Positions 48,601 to 60,600 of a stretch of DNA of 64,000 nt are shown in pieces (the stretch's first letter is position 1; each line of letters begins with the position of its first letter). Below the pieces are notes generated by a model, which had not been told where the DNA came from, searched no databases, and was given only the letters and a program-made list of their open reading frames with translations. Made by a program: the position numbers and the translations under genes. Origin of the DNA: Ylistrum balloti (lineage: Eukaryota); assembly GCF_031769215.1 (NCBI RefSeq), contig NW_026782260.1:2666001-2730000 (forward strand). The letters are read 5' to 3'.

Positions 48601-51600
48601 TGTCGGCTGTCAATCTCTCTGAAGATTACATGAGAAACTGGCGTCTGTCAATCTAGCTGAAGATTAGAGATCAAACTGTTACCTGGCAATGTTACTAACG
48701 ATTAAGACAGCCAACTGTCATCTTGTGAAAGATTAGACGAAGGATGTGGTCTCTCAATGTAGCTGTAGATTAGTCAGCAACTTATCATGAAGACTAGACA
48801 TCAAACTATCTTCTGCCAATCTCACTGAAGGTTGCACGGCAGACGCAATTACGCTAAAGAATCTCGCTAGAAATAAGGCGGAAACTGTCTTCTCCATTGT
48901 AGCTGAAGATTAAAATGCACACTGTTGTCTGTCAATCTACATGAAGACTAGACATCAAACTGTCTTCTGCCAATCTCGCTAAAGGTTTCACGACAGACCG
49001 TCGTCTGTCAGTCCCAAAATAAGACAGCGAACTGTCGTCTGTTAGTCTCGCTGGAAATTAAAATGCAGACTATTTTCTGTCAATCTAGCTTACAATTACA
49101 ATTGTTTGTCGATAAATATTAGACAACAGAATGTTGTCTGTCAATCTCGCTGAAGGTTAGATGGAAAACTCATCTATCAATCCCCTTATAGATTGAAATG
49201 CAAACGGTCGTCTGTTAATCTAGCTGAAAATTAGATGGAAAGCTGTCGTGTGCCAATCTGGCTGAAAATTAGATGGAAAGCTGTCTTGTGTCAACTCACT
49301 AGAAATACCGGCAACCGTTTGTCTCTCAACCTTGCTAAGATCAAACGAAAAAATCGCCGTCTTCCAACCTTGCTACAGATAAGACGGAAAACTGTCGTCT
49401 GTCAATCTTGCTAAAAATTAGATGGAAAACTGTCAATTATGTTACCCTACTAAGAATCAGACAACAAACCGCCAAATCTTTTGATTGAAATTAAATAACA
49501 ACACCATTCGATTTGATGTCACTGAAATGTATGGATTTGGCCCTAATTAACTTTTGGTGATAAGAAATTGTAACAGAGGAAAGAAACCTCAATCTATCTT
49601 TAACTGCCATTTATTAATTTGATACAATGTGCCATTTATCATAATATTAACATTAATACCCGTCATCCTTTCTTATTGAATCAAATCCCTAATATTGTCA
49701 GCTATACAGCTATATACAAAACAAGGTTTTGCCGTCCTACACGTTCTCAAATATACATGTTATTCAGTCCTTCTACTGATGGTGTTAATCATTTTTATTG
49801 AATTGTGCCTACGGCGATTTTTAAAATTGTTACAACATACTCACCGAAACATGTTTTCCTGAATATTGTACTGTACAGTCCACCGAGGTCATTAAAACTG
49901 GAAACCACCTTTACATTGCCTCGAGTTGACGCTATTGCATGGAGTTCGTCCATGTTGACCCCCGACCCAATACCGATGGCGAAGGTTTCTGTCCCTGTAC
50001 GATGCAGTTTCTGTGCGGCCGAAAGCGTCATAGCCTTGTTATTGGATTGGCCGTCAGTTAGGACAATCAAATAGTCCGGCGCGTCCGCCCTATTAACGGA
50101 AGTATGTCCGAGAGCTTGTTTTATGACAAACTCGATAGCTGCACCTGTGTGTGTTGACCCGCTGATATATGGTATGGCGTTCACAGCAGTTCTTAGTGAT
50201 GTCAGATCCTGGTTTGACATCAGTTTGATCATATATACTGGATTGGACGAAAACGTAAATACCCCGACCAGGACATCGTTGATACCTATTCTCATTTGTG
50301 CCACCAGATCAGCAATGAATCTTTTCTGTTTTTGAAAGTTGTGAGATCCAACACTTCCGGAGGAATCCACCAAGAAAAACACATCGGCTTTTGGTGTTTG
50401 GCAAACTACAAACAAAAGGTAAATAGAGATATCGCATAATAGAAGTAACTTGACGTCTCATTTACGGTGATTAGATTTGGATCCCAAACCAAGACGTTTG
50501 TTAGGGTAGGATTACATATCTTGTAATAACCAATTACTTGGTTTCGGTGTCTCCACATTTCACCATCAGGAAGAGATCATACGTTCTAGGTTACAGACAG
50601 TGACGTATGAAGTGTCGGGTTCTAGATCACAGACAATGACGTGTGTAGTGTCGGGTTCTAGATCACAGACAGTGACGTGTGTAGTGTCGGGTTCTAGATC
50701 ACAGACAGTGACGTGTGTAGTGTCGGGTTCTAGATCACAGACAATGACGTGTGTAGTGTCGGGTTCTAGATCACAGACAGTGACGTGTGTAGTGTCGGGT
50801 TCTAGATCACAGACAGTGACGTGGGTAGTGTCGGGTTCTATATCACAGACAGTGACGTATGAAGTGTCGGGTTCTAGATCACAGACAATGACGTGTGTAG
50901 TGTCGGGTTCTAGATCACAGACAGTGACGTGTGTAGTGTCGGGTTCTAGATCACAGACAGTGACGTGTGTAGTGTCGAGTTCTATATCACAGACAGTGAC
51001 GTATGAAGTGTCGGGTTCTAGATCACAGACAATGACGTGTGTAGTGTCGGGTTCTAGATCACAGACAGTGACGTGTGTAGTGTCGGGTTCTAGATCACAG
51101 ACAGTGACGTGTGTAGTGTCGGGTTCTAGATCACAGACAGTGACGTGGGTAGTGTCGGGTTCTATATCACAGACAGTGACGTATGAAGTGTCGGGTTCTA
51201 GATCACAGACAATGACGTGTGTAGTGTCGGGTTCTAGATCACAGACAGTGACGTGTGTAGTGTCGGGTTCTAGATCACAGACAGTGACGTGTGTAGTGTC
51301 GAGTTCTATATCACAGACAGTGACGTGTGTAGTGTCGGGTTCTAGATCACAGACAGTGACGTGTGTAGTGTCGAGTTCTATATCACAGACAGTGACGTAT
51401 GAAGTGTCGGGTTCTAGATCACAGACAATGACGTGTGTAGTGTCGGGTTCTAGATCACAGACAGTGACGTGTGTAGTGTCGGGTTCTAGATCACAAACAC
51501 TGACGTGTGTAGTGTCGGGTTATATATCACAGACAATGACGTGTGTAGTGTCGGGTTCTAGATCACAAACACTGACGTGTGTAGTGTCGGGTTATATATC

Positions 51601-52118
51601 ACAGACAATGACGTGTGTAGTGTCGGGTTCTAGATCACAAACACTGATGTGTGTAGTGTCGGGTTATATATCACAGACAGTGACGTGTTTAGTGTCGGGT
51701 TCTAGATCACAAACACTGACGTGTGTAGTGTCGGGTTCTAGATCACAGACAGTGACGTGTGTAGTGTCGGGTTCCAGATCAGAGACATTAACGTGGGTAG
51801 TGTCGAGTTCATGTTCATAGACACAAATTAGGTTCTAGGTCACATTGATATGTGCTAAGTTGATTTCTAAATCAGATATTTATGTCGTTTGATGGGAAGC
51901 CCTAGACTCACGATCTACTTACTGTCACGTAATGTGATTTTGGTCCCATTGTCCTGTTCCCTCGGTCCAGCACTGATTTGGTGTAGATTGTTGACAGGAA
52001 AATCGGAACTTTCCCCTTTAATTCCTTCACATCGGAAACTGCAACAGACAAAAACTACACACCATATTTGACGACTTTCAAATAAAAACCGTTTTTTTCC
52101 TTCCCGAAAATTAGCCAT
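45651..52118 (-). CDS. Predicted secreted two-VWA-domain protein with a Thr-rich mucin-like linker (matrilin/collagen VI-type VWA)
   Basis: Exons 52118-51923 (basic N-terminus plus hydrophobic IWCVVFVCCSF, signal-peptide-like), 50405-49845 (VWA1), 48325-48020 (Thr/Pro-rich, a frame absent from the ORF track) and 46225-45651 (VWA2 and stop). All introns are phase 1 GT-AG. Both VWA domains have the MIDAS DSSGS...T...TDG and flanking cysteines. Confidence 0.85.
47270..47872. repeat. 45-bp minisatellite in a VWA gene intron
   Basis: Unit TCGACATAAAACGACTGATGTAGGTAGAACCACTGGGCTCTATCC. Confidence 0.95.
48590..49440. repeat. Old, diverged ~38-bp tandem repeat in a VWA gene intron
   Basis: Recurrent AAACTGTCGTCTGTCAATCTMGCTGAAGATTAGA-like motif. 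Confidence 0.7.
50585..51820. repeat. 36-bp minisatellite with a 9-unit higher-order duplication in VWA gene intron 1
   Basis: Unit GTGACGTGTGTAGTGTCGGGTTCTAGATCACAGACA. The variant order of units 7-11 recurs at units 16-20. Confidence 0.97.
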
Positions 52119-52887
52119 GTCTTTCTCCGCTGACCTTCCCACAAATCGACTTTGTTACGAAATCATTGAACCTTTAGACTATTTGAACATTGTTATCTTA
52201 AGCGTCACCGATAAACGAAAGACATTAATTTTTCCGATGTTAACTTGTTAGTTTTTGTGTATATTTATGAAAAACTCGAAAGTATGTTTAATGTTTAAAC
52301 GAAACCTGGAAGTTTTACGAGGAATTTTGGATTAATTTTAAATCATTGAAGCTGAAGGTACACAGAACAAAAACAATGGTAGCATTTATTACGACTGATA
52401 AGAACGGAATATTGCGGAATCTCTACTTGGACATTACTAAAATTGTACGGAAACGCAACACCACTGGCCAATACATCTGTTCTAAATTTGTTCCACATTC
52501 ATGCCAAGCTTCGCGAACACATAGTCCAACATTTTTGCATCATCCTCTTTTTGCCATTCATGTCAAACGTTCCAAACGCACATATTGACATTTATGACTT
52601 CCTACTTATAAATAAAACAATGGTTCCCTGCCTGGGAATGTAACACAAGGCAGCAGTCGCCGGTCTGTCTAGTAAAAACGATATATTGTCTTACGAATAG
52701 AAAATAAACACCTGGAAATAATTTATGGACTCATAGTTCGTGATTACTGGAAATATATGTTTTACATAATATATCACTTGTGAATTTCTTCCGTGTGAAA
52801 GAAAGTTTTCATTAAAATTTTCATGCTAAAATTGACTGTTTATATCTTATGGCCAAGTGTATATATTGTTAAGCCGGTGTGAATGAC

Positions 52888-52919
<32 letters not shown>

Positions 52920-53559
52920 AAAAAAAAAAAAAATCCAGTGTGTTACGTCAAGTGTATAGTTCATAAGTGTATGTCTCATTTTACATTAATAAATTAATTT
53001 TGATATTGCAGTCAGAGTTTACGTCAGTTCTCAAATTAAGATCGATGTTCTCTGTAGAATGACGCAGTACACCTTAAGGTCTGACAGTATACGGTCAAAC
53101 AGACTTTAATGACCTCTTGAAGAAACAGGAGAAAATGACTGGAAATATAAGCTCATTTAGATTGTCTCCCTTGTATTTCTTAATGAGGAATCGCAACTTT
53201 TCACAGGAATCAATAATGTTATCTTGGTTGTATGCTTCTGAGTTTTTTTTTTTTTTTTTTTTGCTTTTGTTGGGATTTTTTTTTCATCTTTTAAAGGATG
53301 ATACGTTTTTCATGTTTTGTTGTTTTACCTACACGCAAATGGTTGTTACATCCCTTACGTCATCGGATAGCCTTGACTAGTTAATATTATTATTTTTCAT
53401 TGATTTTTTGGTTTGGCTACTTTCGGTCAGTTACATGCATGTCTCGCATTTCCTGCTTCAGTCTCGCTAGTAAGGGGCTAAATGACCAAAACTTGAAAAA
53501 AAAATCAGCTTTATCTGCGAAAAAAATCCGTATTACATCTTTAAACTTTTTATTTGATA

Positions 53560-53790
53560 CAGTCTATGTATTGTAAGGCGTCCCTAATGGAGAGGTGTAC
53601 ATTATGACGTCACAGTCCATGTATTGTAAGGCGTCCCTAATGGAGAGGTGTACATTATGACGTCACAGTCGATGTATTGTAAGGCGTCCCTAATGGAGAG
53701 GTGTACATTATGATGTCACAATGTATGCACTGTAAGGCGTCCCTAATGGAGAGGTAAATGATATGATGCCAAGTCCCTAATGGTTAGTTG
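53560..53790. repeat. 53-bp tandem repeat carrying CRE palindromes
   Basis: Unit GTATTGTAAGGCGTCCCTAATGGAGAGGTGTACATTATGACGTCACAGTCCAT. Confidence 0.9.
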
Positions 53791-54657
53791 TATGTGTTGT
53801 AGAATGTCTGTAATGGAGAGGTGGGTATGTCTGTGAGTGTCACGTGACCCTTTAAACACTTACTTATGTAAAATACAATGAAAACAATATCGCTTCATTT
53901 TGCGTTCATGTTATGTCATATACACCAAGAAATCAGAGAGTGACATTGACAACTGTTTCTAATATTCGTTTTATAACTATTTTGCAACGCACTCTCATTT
54001 ACATGGATTGCTTTAGGAAGGCAAGTTAACAGACGGTATATGGAGTGATTGTATATGAAATTAATGAAATATTGATTCAAACTAAAAAAAAAACTGATGA
54101 AATTTATAGAAAAAAATTTAAAAAATATTTACCTTGAGACTCTCGCATACATTCAAGGAGAATAAGACCAGTTGTTGTGTACAAGGTAAGCATGATTAAG
54201 GTGGTCAATAAAGATCAATCATTTCTAAATATAGATACCACACTTTCGACTTTTTCCTGTGTGAGAATATGACATCATTTCAAAACTCTGTATTCTTCTT
54301 TCATTTTTATTTACTACATTAAGAATATACCACAGTGGTATAAAATGTTATACCAAATTCACAAAAAAAAAAACTTTTGAAATTGGAAAAATAGTATATG
54401 AACAAATAATAGAGGGTATCAATTGAAAATTAATTGAAACTAACGATATTACACAGAGCAGACGTTGTATGGTCAAAATAGACTCCCAGCAATACGTCAT
54501 ATTGTATGATTCTTTCTTTGTAAATATCAACACAACAGAATTTTTAAAACCTCATAGCTCTCTTCCACTGTTTTTATTATGAAAAAATCACATGTGATAT
54601 TGAGATAGTATTACATCAATGTTTCGATCATACGGAATACATATGATCTAACATCCA

Positions 54658-54663
54658 TTTTAT
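54658..54663 (-). terminator. Candidate poly(A) signal of KLHL10
   Basis: AATAAA on the - strand immediately after the TAA stop. Confidence 0.5.
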
Positions 54664-54664
54664 T

Positions 54665-57600
54665 TTATAACACTTCCATTTTTCCAGTTTCTTTGTTTGG
54701 TCTAGTTTCCTTATGAGTGTAATCCTGAACGTTAGGAAGGCCATTGATGACGCATGCGCTGAGAGCACTTCTGTAGATGTTCATATCTGTTGCGTCAAAC
54801 CTGAAAAAAGATGACAGTGATCCAATCATTTCAATTATTGTAATCTGAATCAGGTGTCACTTGCCTGACCACGTGGTTTGTCACGTGTACTCTGGTTTCT
54901 TTCCACAGTAAAACCCTTGCACCCTCTCATCCGAGCTAACAAGAGTGCTTAATATAAGCTGTTGCTTGTTTAGCAATTGTAGAAATATAAATACAGTTTA
55001 TATTCAAAGTAAACATCTTACCATTCGTCAGAAGTTCTATCGAAACACTCCACATTGAATATGGTGGTGACACCATTGAATCCTCCAATAGCAAATATCA
55101 TGTCGTCAATTACCTGTAACAGGAAATATACCAGTAAACATACACATGTATATTGATGTTCTTTTGAGATCATACATGTATGTCTAACAGTACGAAATAT
55201 AATCAATTTATGGGGTAAGTTCAAACTCCAGAACCCCTTCTCATCATTTCACATTTTTAAGACCACACCCCCACCGCTTCCCATTATTTCACATTATGGT
55301 AACCACACCCCCATTCCCTCCCATCATTTCACATTTTTAAGACCACACCCCCACCCTTTCTCATTATTTAACATTTTGATGACCACACCCCCACCCCTTC
55401 TCATAATTTGTTATTATCATTAATACTTGGACCTATTTTTGATTTTCCTCAGTCACTCCCTATATTGTCAGATTTCATGCAGTTATCTAATCCTGGAAGT
55501 AAAATGACATCAAGCGGAGGGATTTATACCCCAATTGTGCAAAACACACGCTCCTTTAAAATAAAACCATTCATGTACTTAAACTTCATAAGTGGACTGA
55601 CAGAGTGAAAACAGTGTAGTTTGGACATAAACATATTTTTCTGTTTACTTTTCTATAAAGTGACTTCCCTTGCCTTTTTAATGACAACTGACCTACCCTT
55701 GATGGAGATCCTTTCAAACAAAGCCCCTCAAAATCAGCCATGGGTGGCTTTCCTTATAGTTCACCATCATCAAGATAATCATCAGGAAGGTGGGCTGTTA
55801 ACCTCCCCACCAAAGTTACACTTGTTAACCTCCCCACCAAAGTTACACTTGTTAACCTCCCCAACAAAGTTACACATGTTAACCTCCCCACCAAAGTTAC
55901 ACTTGTTAACCTCCCCACCAAATTTACACTTGTTCCCCACCAAAGTTACACTTGTTAAACCAAAGTTACACTTGTTCCACCAAAGTTACACTTGTTAACC
56001 TCCCCACCAAAGTTACACTTGTTAACCTCCCCACCAAAGTTACACTTGTTAACCTCTCCACCAAAGTTACACTTGTTAACCTCCCCACCAAAGTTACACT
56101 TGTTAACCTCTCCATCAAAGTTACACTTGTTAACCTCCCAAACAAAGTTACACTTGTTCACGTCTCCACCAAAATTACTCTTGTTTACTTCGAAACCAAA
56201 GTTACTTGCACTTACATCAAATTTACACTAACCTCCCACCAAAGTTACACTTGTTAACCTCCCCACCAAAGTTACACTTGTTAACCTCCCCACCAAAGTT
56301 ACACTTGTTAACCTCTCCACCAAAGTTACACTTGTTTACCTCTCCACCAAAGTTACACTTGTTAACCTCCCCACCAAAGTTACACTTGTTAACCTCCCCA
56401 CCAAAGTTACACTTGTTCATGTCTTCACCAAAATTACTCTTGTTTACTTCGAAACCAAAGTTACACTTGCTGACCTCTACATCAAAGTTACACTTGTTCA
56501 CCTCCCCACCAAAGTTACATTTGTTCACCTCCCCACCAAACTTGCACTTGTTAACCTCTCCACCAAAGTTACACTTGTTCACCTCTCCGCCAAAGTTACA
56601 CTTGTTTACTTCGACACTAAAGTGAAACTTTTTGACATTTACACCAAAGATACACTTAATTACCTCTACACCAAAATTACACTCGTTTACCTCTACACCA
56701 AAGTTACTCCGTGGGTTATACATCATTGGAATGGACTGCCAGTTGTCTGTGAGGGTATTGTATCGTTCACCCGTGTTCATACGAGCGGCGCCATTAAACC
56801 CGCCGAGCGCATAAATCTGATCGCCGTAGGCTATGACGCCCACACCACTGCGCCTATTACGCATGGGTGCAAAACAAGTCCATTGGTTAGTGTTGGGATC
56901 ATAATATTCTGATGAATTTAAACACTCCTGGCCGTTGAATCCGCCACAGATGTACACTTTATCTAAACAGATAAACACAATTGATTTTCCTAAATTGCTT
57001 CAACTGCACAATAAGAACTCATATCAAAATACTGAGTATTGCAGTACATAAACACTATCAATGTAACAGTGGTATTACTGGACAACTATGGAAAACATTG
57101 TCAAACTCGCCAGGAACTAGACACGAGGTACTTCAACTTATCTACGCCTTCTTACAATATACATATAGAAAACTACGATAGCATTTAACAAAAGTATTAT
57201 TATCAAAAATAAAAACACTGTTGGTGATTTGATGAAAGTTTGACCACATCAAAAATATCTTAGTTCTGGTCCTCGGTTAGACGGGAATTTCCGAAGAAAA
57301 TTACTCCAAATTTGAATTTAAACAAACATTTGGGGTCATGATATAACCCTTCCTCTGGAAATAACAGCAAATATTCAAAGAATGATCATCACAAGTAGAG
57401 ACAATATAAGTTACAAGGTTTATCCTCAAAACATCCTGACTATTGGGATTACATCGCTGTCATAGAGTGCAACCGATATATTATTGCGATGGAACGGAAT
57501 TCTTCTGCGATAGACAAGAATGTTACTGGAAGGAAATGGAATGATATTGGGAAGGAACGAAATATTATTCTAAAGGAACGGAATACTATTGGGACGGAAC

Positions 57601-60600
57601 GAAATATTATTGGGAGGAACCGAAATATTATTGGGAGGGAACGATAAAATTTTGACGCGTCAGAATTACCAGCTATACGATATTGGGTTTATGATTTCTC
57701 TTAACCCGGACAGGGATATCCACAGTTTTTATCGGTGTGAGATTTTTCTATCTCACCCTAGGGTTGAGACAAGCTACACGCGCTCCTTGCGCGTTCTCAA
57801 CAATAATGTGACATCACTATCTTGACCCGGAAGTAGAACTTGACATGTAAATGACGTCATTGTAAAATAACGATTTAATAATATGTGTTGATTTTGTGTA
57901 TATATTGAAGTCATCTCATCCATACTTGCACATTAAAATTGTTTTTTATCATTAATATTATGCCTTTTTATGTTGTACTGTACCGTTAATGGGAATTATA
58001 TTTTGTGCGGGATATCACAATTAAGCGTGACGCGGTTGAGACGACCTCGTCACTATATTCATACGTTGTCTACGAGATTTTGTTTACAAACATTCTATTT
58101 CGTATTTTACAATCAGCAGGGGAACAGGGTAAGAGAAAAATAATCATTCATCCCATTTGGGATGAGACAAGCCTCGTGTTTGACAACTTAATAATCGCCC
58201 CTCGGGTTGAGATTCCCCTGTCTCACCCCTAAGGGGGTGGAATATTCTATTAGTCCGTTACCGGCCATCGTATAATAGACTATAAAGAGGACTTGGATCC
58301 GATGAAGGTTGTGCACGGTTTCATTATACAGATTCCAACTATGAAGAGAAGAAGATATAAAAGAGTTGGTTACAGCGTTTAAAATGAGACATCCTGTAAA
58401 AACATTAAATCGTAAAACACGTTATTTTTATCAGTATAAGGAGACAGTAGAAGAACAAGAAGTCCGGAGTTATTTGTTACATAATAGAGCACACACGACT
58501 GTCGTTCAGTTGAAGCAAAATATTAACGTTTCTGATTAGAGAGACAAACTTTTGTAGATACTACCCCACAACACAGACTACTGGGATTACCGGAAGTCTC
58601 AATATCCTGGTACTGAAGTCTTCTGGTAACACCGGAAGTCACTTTAGTTAGCTGTTCATGATAGTGACGAACACGTGCTCTAAGTTAATATTGGACTTTG
58701 CAGTATAGTTCTGGTTAGTACCAGCAGGTAAACGACTTGTACAAACTGGTATGGTTACCATTGAGAGTGGTGGCGCTGGCATCACTACGTTGATGATTCA
58801 TTGGCGAAATGATAGTCCACTGGTTCCGGTCGGGTAGGTACTGCTCCGCCGTGTTCAGTCTCACGTGACCATCGTATCCACCCATGGCGTAAATACATCC
58901 TCTCAGGACAGCCGTGCTCACATAACACCTAGCAGCAACAATAAAGCTGTTCCGTGCTTACAAGACGAAGAACTGAATGTACTTACGACAACATGCAATC
59001 GAATTTGCACGTGTAAAACCCCTTACCTCATCATTTCAAAATTGAAAGTGACACGTGTCAAACCTCTTACATTGTTAGAACAAAATTGAAAGTGACACGT
59101 GTCAAACCTCTTACATTGTTAGGACAAAATTTAGTGATACGTGTCAAACCACTTTCCACTTCAAAAAAAAATGGTGCAAGGACATTTTTACTACACACAT
59201 GTGTGATGAAACTGTGAACGCTATAAACCGACACAAGAACAAACCGTTTGGCGTTCATCGGTGCTGCCTCGGACCAGGATTTTGTTACCGGATCAAAACA
59301 TCGCACACTATTGAAGTACTCAACCCCATCAAATCCCCCAGCGACATAGATTTTTTTGTCGATTGTAACTGTTCCGTGGTATGCCCTTGGCCCTGCAAAT
59401 TAAAACGTTTGTTGTTAAGCAAGTCTCGATTCAATAGCCGGACCACTGTATAGTGTGGTAATTTTGAGCGTACATCATTAAATTAAATTTTGTTGGAACC
59501 GTCTACTGCTGTTATTGTTCTGTAGGAGTGGAGGAGTGGACCGTCCACTGCTGTTATTGTTCTGTAGGAGTGGACCGTCCATTGTTGTTATTGTTCTGTT
59601 GGAGTGGACCGTCCACTGCCTTTATTGTTCTGTAGGAGTGGACCGTCCACTGCTGTTATTGTTCTGTAGGAGTGGACGGTCCACTGCTGTTATTGTTCTG
59701 TAGGAGTGGACCGTCCACTGCTGTTATTGTTCTGTAGGAGTGGACCGTCCACTGCTGTTATTGTTCTGTAGGAGTAGACGGTCCACTGCTGTTATTGTTC
59801 TGTAGGAGTGGACCGTCCACTGCTGTTATTGTTCTGTAGGAGTGGACCGTCCACTGTTGTTATTGTTCTGTTGGAGTGGACCGTCCACTGCAGTTATTGT
59901 TCTGTAAGAGTGGACCGTCCACTGCTGTTATTGTTCTGTAGGAGTGGACCGTCCACTGCTGTTATTGTTCTGTAGGAGCGGACCGTCTACTGTTGTTATT
60001 GTTCTGTTGGAGTGAACGGTCCACTGCTGTTATTGTTCTGTAGGAGTGGACCGTCCACTGCTGTTATTGTTCTGTAGAAGTGAACCGTCCAATGCTGTAA
60101 TTGTTCTGTAGGAGTGAACCGTCCACTGCTGTAATTGTTCTGTAGGAGCGGACCATCCACTGCTGTTATTGTTCTGTAGGAGTGGACCGTCCACTGCTGT
60201 TATTGTTTTGTAGGAGTGAACGGTCCACTGCTGTTATTGTTCTGTTGGAGTGGACCGTCCACTGTTGTTATTGTTCTGTAGGAGTGGACCGTCCACTGCT
60301 GTTATTGTTCTGTAGAAGTGAACGGTCCACTGCTGTTATTGTTCTGTAGGAGTGGACCGTCCACTGCTGTTATTGTTCTGTAGGAGCGGACCGTCTACTG
60401 TTGTTATTGTTCTGTTGGAGTGAACGGTCCACTGCTGTTATTGTTCTGTAGGAGTGGAGCGTCCACTGCTGTTATTGTTCTGTAGAAGTGAACCGTCCAC
60501 TGCTGTAATTGTTCTGTAGGAGCGGACCATCCACTGCTGTTATTGTTCTGTAGGAGTGGACCGTCCACTGCTGTTATTGTTTTGTAGGAGTGAACGGTCC

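Noticed and set aside
50600-51820. 406-aa + strand ORF of VTCVVSGSRSQT repeats
   Set aside because: It is a 36-bp minisatellite in intron 1 of the - strand VWA gene. The open frame follows from the unit length.
52890-52932. C20 run followed by A23 run
   Set aside because: A simple homopolymer pair of uncertain length in an assembly, with no functional evidence.
54830-54970. SINE-like segment in the last KLHL10 intron, and other short dispersed-repeat fragments (12415-12520, 18300-18700, 46620-46710, 57640-58270)
   Set aside because: They resemble common bivalve interspersed repeats, but I cannot assign family or boundaries without a library search.
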